Shown here one piece after another: positions 1 through 9,261 of a stretch of DNA of 64,000 bases. Source of the DNA: a bacterium (GTDB lineage Bacteria > Zhuqueibacterota > Zhuqueibacteria > Residuimicrobiales > Krinioviventaceae); contig OY843751.1 in assembly GCA_963693055.1 (NCBI GenBank), positions 4,736,001 through 4,800,000 of the forward strand, in the 5' to 3' direction. The translations under genes were made by a program, and so were the position numbers. Positions within the stretch are counted from its first letter, which is position 1. Every line of letters starts with the position of its first letter. The notes below the pieces were generated by a model that searched no databases, was not told where the DNA came from, and saw only the letters and a list, made by a program, of their open reading frames with translations.

Positions 1-3000
1 ATGCGGTTGATTTACCAAAATTATCTTTACCATCCCAAATCACCTGATGCATTCCGGATTGCTGCACACCTTGAACCAAATTTCTTACATTTCTGCCATT
101 TACATCAACAACTGATAATTCTACGACACCGGCGCTGGGAAGTGAAAATTGAATCATAGTTTCAGGATTAAACGGATTGGGATAATTCTGAAACAGATTA
201 AATGAATCTACGGTTTTTGTTTCAATTTGCAGAGACTTAATTTTATCCACAGGGTTGTATGACAGCTCAACCGTACCAGTTGCAACGCATTCATCCTGAT
301 CATTATAGAATGTAACAGACACCTGCTCACCTGCTGTCCATCCGCTTTGTAAATGTCCCAGTTGGGCATACCAAACATTGCCATCAATTGCAGAGCCCGG
401 TGAATCCTGGCTAATGACACAATCTTTATATTTTACCACAAAACGACTAATATCATTGACACCTTTTATCTCTCCATAAATCAAATGCGGAGAAGACGCG
501 TCAATTCGTGTAGTTTCAGCATACTTTTGCTTCAATAATGCGCCGGAAGAAGGCCATGCATTGTCACCGGTTACATTTACATAATAGGGATAACCAATAT
601 GTGTATCAAAATTAGTACTTGATAATCCGGGTATAAACTGATAATAACCTTGGATAGATGCATCCCACTTGGCCACACTGGTGCAATAGGGAATATCGTT
701 CAAAAGGTCCTGCGCCGTTGCCAAAGCTCCTTTACTTAAAGGAAGCATCACTTCATTGAAATCTGTAGTTTCAGTAGTTTGCAGCATAAAAACAGGATCA
801 GTCAAAGTACCATCAAGCGTCAAATACGTATCCTGGGTTATATTCACATAATATGGATAACCAGGATAAACTGAAAAATTTGTACTTGACAATCCGGGAA
901 TGTATTGATAATAGCCTTGTATGGACGCATCCCAATAAGCTATTGAATTGCAATAGGGTATAACATTTAATAAAGTTTGTGCATCGGTAACGCCATCTAC
1001 AACCACCGGCAAAGCAATATCATTAAAATCTGTAGTTTCAGTGGTTACCAACTCAAAGTCAAAAACACCATACACATCAGACAAATCACCTTCAGCACTG
1101 TTACGAACGGGAGAAACCTGGTAATAATAATTCACAGAAGCATTGCCTGCAACATTATCGGTATCTGTCCATTGCACACCACTTGTACCGCCATCCTGGT
1201 CGGTAACACTTGCAGCTACACGGTTCGTGCCGCCATCCTGATCAGCAACAAAATCGGGGCTGGTACCACGATATACATGATACCCCGTTGCATTCTCTAT
1301 TGCATCCCAGGTCATCAACAGATTCGTTCCACCGGTTACACTGGCATCAGAAATGACAGGTGTTCCCAGGTTGCCTGCAGAACCTACTTCATAAACCTGG
1401 TCCGCGGCAATACCTTCGTAATCCTGAACATCACCATTGGTCAATGTAACGCGAATATCACAGCTTGTAAATCCACTCAGTCCAAAATGAAGAGCTGTCT
1501 GATTTTGACACAAATAACTGTAATTAGATACCGATTCCTGATAACCCAAAAGATAATTTGAATTGCCAATATACCCTGGCTGATAAACAGCGACTTTGGT
1601 ACCAAAACCACCATAATCGCCACCGGGACCGGTACATAAAACGTCAATATAATGATTACTGTTTTCAGAATCATTTCTCAGCATAAAGTTGTTGCCATAT
1701 GTACAGGCAATAAAATAATCGATATCGCCATCATTATCAATATCCGCATAGCCAGCGCCTCTGGCACCACCGGCTGCAACTTCAAGAGCAGGTACATAAC
1801 GATATGTCAGATTACCTGCACCGTCATTCAGATACAACTCGGGTCTTGCGCCTACTTCTTTTTCATCATTGCGAATTAAATACAGATCAAGGTCAGCATC
1901 ATTATCAATATCACCAAAAACGGTTGAATAGCCACTTACGGTAATACCATAATCCAAAGTAGCATTCACAAAATAACCGTTACCATTATTTTTAAAAATC
2001 CTCAAATTCGGAAGATCTGTGCTTCCGGAGAGGGTATAATTTATTACAACCAGATCAAGATCTGCATCATTATCCAGATCTACAAACGTAGCACCGTGCG
2101 AACGTCCACCAATATTAACGCTGCGGGCTGCCGCTTGTTCAGTAAAATTTCCGTTACCATCATTAATAAACAACCAGTTTGCTACTTCGCGACGACAAAC
2201 ATACAAATCAATATCACCATCATTGTCCACGTCACCAGCGGTTACACCCTGGCGTCCTTCTATATCTCCATCAGGTCCATTAGTCCCACGGTCCACGCGG
2301 GTCATTTGACCGTTACCATTGTTCAAATACAATGCATTGGGATCACCCCAATTCAATACAAACAAATCCAGCCATCCATCATTATTAATATCCGTAGCAA
2401 CCGCACCACGGCTGAAAAAAGTCTCTGTGGAAATTCCGGCCCAATCTGTGATATCTGTAAAATTACCATTTCCATCATTTCTATACATTCGATTTCTTCC
2501 CGGTGGCAGAGTTTCACCCACCGGCTGATTGCTCAGAAATACATCCAGATCACCATCATTGTCGAAATCTGCTGAAACCACACCATGAGTATGGCCCTCA
2601 TCGCCAATATTTCTACTTACAGCTTGATTGGTAAAAGTATTATTCTGTTGATTCATATAAAGTACATCTTGCATGGTAGGACCACCTGCGTTGGTATAAA
2701 AAACATCATACCAGCCATCCTGGTTCACATCATTAAAGCTTACACCATGTCCATAACCTTCCGGGGAAATACCCGCTACCCCCGCAGAACTGGTGATATT
2801 GGTAAACGCAATGGAAGAAGAACCAGGATCACTTTCACCGCGGCCATAAATGCGAATATTTGAATACACCGGCCCTACCTGGCCTTCATACATATTATCT
2901 GTACCTAAAAAGATATATCGAAATTGCTCAATCATGGTACGGTACATTTCCAGTTCACCTTGTTGCACTCCATCAACAAACGTCCACACCGAGCCTTCAT

Positions 3001-3523
3001 CCCAAACAATTTTGAATTCGTATGTATCATTAATATTCCAGGTGGCGCTCTGCATATATCGGTCTTCTTCTCTACCGCCAGCATAAGCTGCCAGCATTTT
3101 ATAGCCAGCCAGCCCCGGTCCATCCGAATAAGAGGTACCTGTACGAATATTCACCCACGCGCCATCAGTGTCAAATATATCTTTACTGCCATTGGCTTGT
3201 GAATAAAGATTGATAATCTGCTGTTTGTCTGTATGATTTTGATTCGCAGGATCAAAATTAGAAACATCAACAACAAAGGTACCTTCTCTTGGCAGATCCG
3301 CCGGCAACGTAATAAATAACTGGCTATTGATTTGTGTTGCCTTCCAACCGGCTGCTCTAAATTCACCATTATTATTCTGGATATAACCAACACCGGAATT
3401 ACCACCATCAAGCAAATCATCAGAATATATCAAGTTAGTATGCGTTGGAGCTGTGGCCGCAATTACCAATCCTATTGGCCAACAGAATAATATTAAAATT
3501 ATGATTTTGGAAAGAAAACGCAT
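1..3523 (-). CDS. Secreted modular protein, >1174 aa, 3' end outside window: signal peptide, LamG/ConA-like N-domain, FG-GAP/VCBS repeats, ASPIC/UnbV, FN3-like, two ~90-aa repeats, FlgD-Ig/T9SS-type CTD
   Basis: Absent from the ORF track because there is no stop in the window. Manual translation from ATG 3523 (RBS AAGGAG): MRFLSKIIILILFCWPIGLVIAATAPTHT...DFDNDGDLD...QNQTALHFGL...TTETTDFNDIALP...LFQNYPNPFNPET...WDGKDNFGKSTA, open to base 1. Confidence 0.92.
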   Translation of the reverse strand, partial: MRFLSKIIILILFCWPIGLVIAATAPTHTNLIYSDDLLDGGNSGVGYIQNNNGEFRAAGWKATQINSQLFITLPADLPREGTFVVDVSNFDPANQNHTDKQQIINLYSQANGSKDIFDTDGAWVNIRTGTSYSDGPGLAGYKMLAAYAGGREEDRYMQSATWNINDTYEFKIVWDEGSVWTFVDGVQQGELEMYRTMIEQFRYIFLGTDNMYEGQVGPVYSNIRIYGRGESDPGSSSIAFTNITSSAGVAGISPEGYGHGVSFNDVNQDGWYDVFYTNAGGPTMQDVLYMNQQNNTFTNQAVSRNIGDEGHTHGVVSADFDNDGDLDVFLSNQPVGETLPPGRNRMYRNDGNGNFTDITDWAGISTETFFSRGAVATDINNDGWLDLFVLNWGDPNALYLNNGNGQMTRVDRGTNGPDGDIEGRQGVTAGDVDNDGDIDLYVCRREVANWLFINDGNGNFTEQAAARSVNIGGRSHGATFVDLDNDADLDLVVINYTLSGSTDLPNLRIFKNNGNGYFVNATLDYGITVSGYSTVFGDIDNDADLDLYLIRNDEKEVGARPELYLNDGAGNLTYRYVPALEVAAGGARGAGYADIDNDGDIDYFIACTYGNNFMLRNDSENSNHYIDVLCTGPGGDYGGFGTKVAVYQPGYIGNSNYLLGYQESVSNYSYLCQNQTALHFGLSGFTSCDIRVTLTNGDVQDYEGIAADQVYEVGSAGNLGTPVISDASVTGGTNLLMTWDAIENATGYHVYRGTSPDFVADQDGGTNRVAASVTDQDGGTSGVQWTDTDNVAGNASVNYYYQVSPVRNSAEGDLSDVYGVFDFELVTTETTDFNDIALPVVVDGVTDAQTLLNVIPYCNSIAYWDASIQGYYQYIPGLSSTNFSVYPGYPYYVNITQDTYLTLDGTLTDPVFMLQTTETTDFNEVMLPLSKGALATAQDLLNDIPYCTSVAKWDASIQGYYQFIPGLSSTNFDTHIGYPYYVNVTGDNAWPSSGALLKQKYAETTRIDASSPHLIYGEIKGVNDISRFVVKYKDCVISQDSPGSAIDGNVWYAQLGHLQSGWTAGEQVSVTFYNDQDECVATGTVELSYNPVDKIKSLQIETKTVDSFNLFQNYPNPFNPETMIQFSLPSAGVVELSVVDVNGRNVRNLVQGVQQSGMHQVIWDGKDNFGKSTA

Positions 3524-3627
3524 AATACTCCTTTTCTACATTTATTTTGTAATACATACAAAAAACTATCAAATTTGCGAAAAAAACAAAGAGATAAATA
3601 TATAATATTATCTTACTTTTGCAATAT

Positions 3628-6600
3628 TTATTTTAGCAACACCGCCTTTTGCACCTTGTGAAACGTTCCGGCTTTCATCATGAACAAATATGTTCCGCTT
3701 GCAGCCTGACGGCCAAAATCGTCACAGCCATTCCACTCTACCGAATATCGTCCCGCGGCTTTACCCTGATTGATTAATGTTCTAACACGCTGTCCACGGG
3801 TGTTATAAATCTCTATCAGCACATGAGACTGTTCCGGCAACTGATATTGGATCACGGTTGTGGGATTAAAAGGATTGGGATAATTCTGGTCTAGACCATA
3901 ATGGTCAGGAATATCCACAATATCAAGTGCTCCGACAAAATCCACAGCATTAGATGAAAGCGTATGCTCGATTGTATTTAAAAGTGTATTGCTTTCATCA
4001 AAAAACTCTATAATCAACACCTGATCAGGAGACCAGCCGTTTTCGAAATTACCCACTTGCACCATCCAGTTTTCAGTGGTCATAAAACAACCTGGCGAAG
4101 TTTCATTCAAAACATGATCAGGTTGATGACTGAGATATGCGCTAAAATGATGCACCTGGGTATCAGACAGCTCGCCCCAAATTGCATGAGGAGCTTTGCT
4201 GACAGAATTCGTTTTGACAACTAGTTCAGTTGCTTTGGCTTTTGAAAACGCACGCTGCGGCCAGCTGGTAGGCGCTGTAACATTGATATAATAAGGATAA
4301 CCCGCTTTTATATCAAAATTTGTATGAATCAATCCAGGAACATATTGCCAATACCCTTGAATTTCAGTATCCCATTTTGCCACACTGTTACAGTTGGGAA
4401 TATCATTCGCTAAATCAGCACTGGTTGCTAACGATGCCTTGTCAAAAGGTAGCGCAATTTCATTAAAATCTGTAGTGGGTGTAGTAATCAAATTAAAGAC
4501 AGGAGTAACCACTTTGCCTAAAATCGTTAAAACCTGATCTTCAAGCATATTGACATAATAGGGATTACCCATCTCGATTGTGAAATTACTGGGCTCAAAG
4601 CCCGGTACATATTGCACATAATCCTGTAATTCAGCTGACCACATTGCTACAGAATTACAGGAAGGGATATAAGAAAGTAAATCATTTGCAGTGGTTATAC
4701 TTTCAACAAAAAGTGGCAATGCAATTTCATTAAAATCTGTGGTTTCAGTGGTTAAAAGTGCATAATCAAACTCACCATAACTCAATGTTGCACTGCTTTC
4801 TTCACCATTCCGTAACGCGGTTATGCGGTAAAAATAATTTACACTTGTGTTTCCAACAACAGGATCGGTATCTATCCACTGTACGTTGGGCATTGATGCA
4901 TCCTGATCAGTAACGCCGCTTGCTACCCGGTTGCTGCCCGATTCATAATCGGGTTCAAAATAGGGATCCGTACCACGGTACACGTTATATCCTGATGCAT
5001 TTGAAACATTAGTCCAGGTAAATTTAATATTATCATCATCATGCACCGCTGCGTGCAAAATAATTGGAGCAGTCAATGCCTGATATGCATCAACTTTAAA
5101 AACCTGATCGGCCTGCACGCCGGTATAATCAAGAATATCTCCATTTGTCAATACTAAACGAATATCACATGCGGTTCTGTTCATTAATCCGAAATGTAAT
5201 GCTGTTTGATTTTGTGACAAATACCCAAAATTCGAAACCGCTTCCTGATATCCAATTAAATAGTTGGCATCACCCAAATGTCCGCTTTCAAATACAGACA
5301 CCTTTGAGCCAAAACCGCCATAGTCTCCTTTGGGCCCTTCGCAAAGCACATCAATATAATGATAATCATTTATCAAATCATTACGGTACATGATATTCCA
5401 TGATTTGGCGCAAGTGATATAAATATCAAGATCACCATCATTGTCATAGTCCGCAAGTGCTCCGGCGCGTGCGTCACTTCCACCATTGTCAAGGCCTATT
5501 TCATTAATTTCGTTAAATTTCCCGGTACCATCATTCAACAACAACTGGGGTGTTACATCAGGTTCACTCTCATCATTACGGACCAGCAATAAATCGGGGA
5601 ATCCATCGTTATCCATATCACCAATTGCTGCTGTATACCCGCTAATAGCAATATTATATTCAGCACTCTTGTCTGTAAAAAATCCATTCCCATTATTGAT
5701 AAAAACCGACAACAAGGGTAAATCAGCACTACCTGATGATGAATAATTCACAACAAACAGATCCATGTCGCCATCAATATCGATATCTGCAAAGGTAGCA
5801 CCATGAGACAAACCGTCAACATTTACTCCGCGATCAGCAGCATCATCATCAAAATTACCGGTACCATCATTGATGTACAATAGATTCTCAGCATCCCGCT
5901 GGCATACATAAATATCAATATCACCGTCATTGTCAACATCGGCGGCAGTTACCCCCTGCTGAGCCGTTACATCCCCAACCGGACCATCTGCGCCTCTGTC
6001 AGAACGGTTCATTTTTCCTGTACCATCATTAATATAGGTCTCATTTTGGCTGCCCCAATTCACCGTATACAGATCCAGGTAGCCATCATTGTTCATGTCT
6101 AACGCAATAGCACCTCGCGAATAGCTATAATTATCAGGTATCCCAAAACCTTCGGTAACATCAGTAAAAAATCCCGAGCCTTCATTACGATAGATACGGT
6201 TTTTCCCTGCTTGAATATTTACCCCAATAGGTTGATTGGCAAAATAAGCATCCTGATAACCATCGTTATTCAAATCCGCAAAAACCACACTATGTGTATA
6301 GCCACTATCCTCAATATTTCGTGTGACAGCTTCATTATTAAACTGTCCATCTCCATCATTGATATATAACTGGTCCAGCGTACTCTCTGAGCCACCTGCA
6401 TTACTAACAGCAAAATCTTGGAACCCATCCCGATTCAGATCGGCAAAAGCTGCTGCACGACCATAGCCTACTGATGAAAAGCCCTTAACATTTACCGCCT
6501 CTGTAACATTCGTAAATTGCACATATTTTTCAGTAACCTGAATATAACCTGACAGGGTTTTGGTATCACTCCCGCCACCGCCTGATACTGCCAACGTAAC

Positions 6601-8391
6601 AGTATAGGAACCTGGCTGCGTATATGTATGCTGCGGATTCTGTGCATATGAATGGCTGGAACCGTCACCAAAATCCCAATCCCAAGAGTTCGCATTGGTA
6701 GAAAGATCAGTAAACTGTACCTGAAGCGGCATAAAGCCGGAACGGGGCTGCGCGGAAAAATCAGCTTCAGTAGCAACGGCTTCGGGTTGCTTTTTGATAT
6801 AGATAACCAGATCCTGATTAAATGTTGGAAAATCAATTAAAATATTACCACCACCATCAAGATCATTGATCTCACTATTGCTATAATAATTGCCATTTGA
6901 AGGATTATAAAATTGCACATCATATTTGCCGGCATCTAGCGCTACACGAATACCGTTACTGTATGTATAATTATCCGGAATATCCCAGGCCTCCAAAGTA
7001 TTATCCGGGCCATTGACCATATAGATCACAATCTCATCATCCGATGCAAGTGCCCATTCATACATGGAAGCAGGATCATTTCGAATAATAGACTCATTTG
7101 GCTGCATCTTCCAGAACTCTGTACGTTCCCAAAAAGGTCTGAGATAGGGAACATATTCATACCCAGGCCCATTATAAGAGACATCTACAATACCTTCACT
7201 ACCTTCGTATGAATGAAAACAGGTGTAAACACCGGCAATGCTCCATGTCCAATACTGCTTTCTACGGTGCTCTGCACAATTATTACTGTGACGGATTTCT
7301 CTGGCAGTTTCATCGCACCATGCGGGTTTATTGTATTGTTTAATAGTTTGCGCAATCTCCCGAATCTGCGCAAGGCTGTGTTGATTGTGTTTTGCCCAGT
7401 GGTTAATTGCCACATCAACCCAAGATTCATCAGCCCAGGCAGCATCAGTTGTGCTCTTGTGCGCTGGGGCTACCAAATGTCCATAGGGATCGTTCGCATG
7501 CACAAAATTTGCAATATCAACCACATAATCCTTATCATCACGGTCTGGTTGAAATTCATTATTGGTTTGAAATAAAATAACATTGGGGTTACTGGCCAAA
7601 CGCGCTAAAGCATAATCGAGATATGGCTCGGCATAGTTCCAGTCAAGATTTGTACGCATAAGTGTAAAAAAACAAACTTCGGAATATATGTTTCGATCAG
7701 CAGCGTATTTTATAATTTCATCAATCTTTTTCCAGAAATTAATATCATATCTGGTATAATCAGGATTACTACGGGTCCCCTGCCAGGGCCAAACATCTAT
7801 AAAAGGCTCTGCCGATGAAAAATCAAACTCTAGTGCAAATCGAATACAGTTTTCTTTGCGGGGAACCATTTTATCTATAAATGCTCTATAATTTGTTTGG
7901 GTAACGCCGCCAATTAACCAGGCAGTTTTGGAAAAAATAAAAGGGTGCTCACCATTTGAAAACATGAAAGCATTGGTATAATCCGGATCCGTAATGATAA
8001 AACCATTTCCTGCATTGGTATTTGTCACACTAAAATTTCCGGTAAACGTCTTTTGGCCGTGAGTATCTTTAAAAACGATACTAAAAGAATAAGATCCGGT
8101 TTCGGATGGTGTAAAACGCAGCTTGTGCAATGTACCATTGTATGAATCGCAAAATCCACGCACATGAACAACATCATTAGAAGGGGATGTAAAAGTACCC
8201 TGAATATCTACATCTGCAAATGGATTGCTGACATCAGGTGATGTTACATTAAAATTAAACTCTATAACTTTATACTGCGCGTAATTGCCTTCCAGACCAG
8301 CCAAACTAACGGTTCTAGATTGCACTGTTTGTGTAATACCAAAAAGCAACTGTATCATCATAGAACAAATCAAAACAAAATTCGATTTCAT
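3628..8391 (-). CDS. Secreted multidomain protein: DUF5060 + DUF4038-like (apiosidase-like TIM-barrel GH) + PKD + FG-GAP/VCBS + ASPIC/UnbV + FN3-like + two ~90-aa repeats + FlgD-Ig/T9SS-type CTD
   Basis: NPFADV...GFCD...RFTP (DUF5060); NNE and KPAWCDE (GH-A-like Glu pair); WDFGDG/HTY (PKD); DxxxDGxxD repeats; QNYPNPFNP. Start MKSNF at 8391 preferred, 8433 possible. Confidence 0.82.
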   Translation of the reverse strand: MKSNFVLICSMMIQLLFGITQTVQSRTVSLAGLEGNYAQYKVIEFNFNVTSPDVSNPFADVDIQGTFTSPSNDVVHVRGFCDSYNGTLHKLRFTPSETGSYSFSIVFKDTHGQKTFTGNFSVTNTNAGNGFIITDPDYTNAFMFSNGEHPFIFSKTAWLIGGVTQTNYRAFIDKMVPRKENCIRFALEFDFSSAEPFIDVWPWQGTRSNPDYTRYDINFWKKIDEIIKYAADRNIYSEVCFFTLMRTNLDWNYAEPYLDYALARLASNPNVILFQTNNEFQPDRDDKDYVVDIANFVHANDPYGHLVAPAHKSTTDAAWADESWVDVAINHWAKHNQHSLAQIREIAQTIKQYNKPAWCDETAREIRHSNNCAEHRRKQYWTWSIAGVYTCFHSYEGSEGIVDVSYNGPGYEYVPYLRPFWERTEFWKMQPNESIIRNDPASMYEWALASDDEIVIYMVNGPDNTLEAWDIPDNYTYSNGIRVALDAGKYDVQFYNPSNGNYYSNSEINDLDGGGNILIDFPTFNQDLVIYIKKQPEAVATEADFSAQPRSGFMPLQVQFTDLSTNANSWDWDFGDGSSHSYAQNPQHTYTQPGSYTVTLAVSGGGGSDTKTLSGYIQVTEKYVQFTNVTEAVNVKGFSSVGYGRAAAFADLNRDGFQDFAVSNAGGSESTLDQLYINDGDGQFNNEAVTRNIEDSGYTHSVVFADLNNDGYQDAYFANQPIGVNIQAGKNRIYRNEGSGFFTDVTEGFGIPDNYSYSRGAIALDMNNDGYLDLYTVNWGSQNETYINDGTGKMNRSDRGADGPVGDVTAQQGVTAADVDNDGDIDIYVCQRDAENLLYINDGTGNFDDDAADRGVNVDGLSHGATFADIDIDGDMDLFVVNYSSSGSADLPLLSVFINNGNGFFTDKSAEYNIAISGYTAAIGDMDNDGFPDLLLVRNDESEPDVTPQLLLNDGTGKFNEINEIGLDNGGSDARAGALADYDNDGDLDIYITCAKSWNIMYRNDLINDYHYIDVLCEGPKGDYGGFGSKVSVFESGHLGDANYLIGYQEAVSNFGYLSQNQTALHFGLMNRTACDIRLVLTNGDILDYTGVQADQVFKVDAYQALTAPIILHAAVHDDDNIKFTWTNVSNASGYNVYRGTDPYFEPDYESGSNRVASGVTDQDASMPNVQWIDTDPVVGNTSVNYFYRITALRNGEESSATLSYGEFDYALLTTETTDFNEIALPLFVESITTANDLLSYIPSCNSVAMWSAELQDYVQYVPGFEPSNFTIEMGNPYYVNMLEDQVLTILGKVVTPVFNLITTPTTDFNEIALPFDKASLATSADLANDIPNCNSVAKWDTEIQGYWQYVPGLIHTNFDIKAGYPYYINVTAPTSWPQRAFSKAKATELVVKTNSVSKAPHAIWGELSDTQVHHFSAYLSHQPDHVLNETSPGCFMTTENWMVQVGNFENGWSPDQVLIIEFFDESNTLLNTIEHTLSSNAVDFVGALDIVDIPDHYGLDQNYPNPFNPTTVIQYQLPEQSHVLIEIYNTRGQRVRTLINQGKAAGRYSVEWNGCDDFGRQAASGTYLFMMKAGTFHKVQKAVLLK

Positions 8392-8536
8392 CGCACCCTT
8401 CTTTATATTGTTTTTAATAAACTTACGCGACATACCAATCCATGCATTTTGTTATACATATTACAGGCAACTATTGTACCTTTTTTAAAATGATTTCACA
8501 TGATTGTAAAACGGGAAATATAAATTAAATGAAATG

Positions 8537-9187
8537 CTATTGTTGCTCGGGATTATAACTCAATTTCATCATTTTTTTTCTTAAAATACCTTGTTCTGAT
8601 TGTAAAACAAATTCATAAACACCAGGACTTACACTTTTATTTTCATCATTGTTTCCGTTCCATTCTACATTATAATAGCCTGGCGCAGCAGTACGATTAA
8701 ACAGCTCCCTGATTTCACTTTGAGATGAATTGCAAACTTTGAGAGTTACATCCCCCTCCAGTTCATCAGGAAGTTGAAATGAGATATTTGTAGACGAAAT
8801 GAAAGGATTTGGAAAATTCTGGTATAATGTAAAAGAAGTATTAAACTTTTTTATAGTTACACCTGCTTCATGACTATAATTGTAGCTTCCGTCAGCGCTT
8901 GTTTGCCTCAACCGATAAGACAATAATCCCTTACAACCGGGAATGTCTTCATGTGAATACTCTTTTCTTTCAAAATACGACCCCGCACCCGCCACAAACG
9001 CGACCTGACTCCATTCATCTTCATCCATCAGACGACGTTCAATAGCAAAACCTATATTTCCAATTTCATTATCCGTTGTCCACTCTAATAATACCCTATC
9101 CTTAGATGCATAAATAATAAAATCTACCAAGTCTACATCAGAAGCTCCATGACTTCCAGCTACAGATTCGTTTGGATTGTTTGGCAT
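8537..9187 (-). CDS. FN3-like + FlgD-Ig/T9SS-type CTD-only protein with no signal peptide
   Basis: LEWTTDNEIGNIGFAIER...YRLRQTSADG and LYQNFPNPF...WNGNND; hydrophilic N-terminus. Confidence 0.75.
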   Translation of the reverse strand: MPNNPNESVAGSHGASDVDLVDFIIYASKDRVLLEWTTDNEIGNIGFAIERRLMDEDEWSQVAFVAGAGSYFERKEYSHEDIPGCKGLLSYRLRQTSADGSYNYSHEAGVTIKKFNTSFTLYQNFPNPFISSTNISFQLPDELEGDVTLKVCNSSQSEIRELFNRTAAPGYYNVEWNGNNDENKSVSPGVYEFVLQSEQGILRKKMMKLSYNPEQQ

Positions 9188-9261
9188 TTTTCATTTCCAA
9201 TACTTGCAAGAAAAACTGATCCGGAATAATATAAATTAAATCGCCAATTAATATAAAAACA

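Noticed and set aside
208-3420. Short track ORFs (977..1561, 2096..2575, 2924..3202 and others)
   Set aside because: They are antisense or off-frame shadows of the long minus-strand CDS <1..3523.
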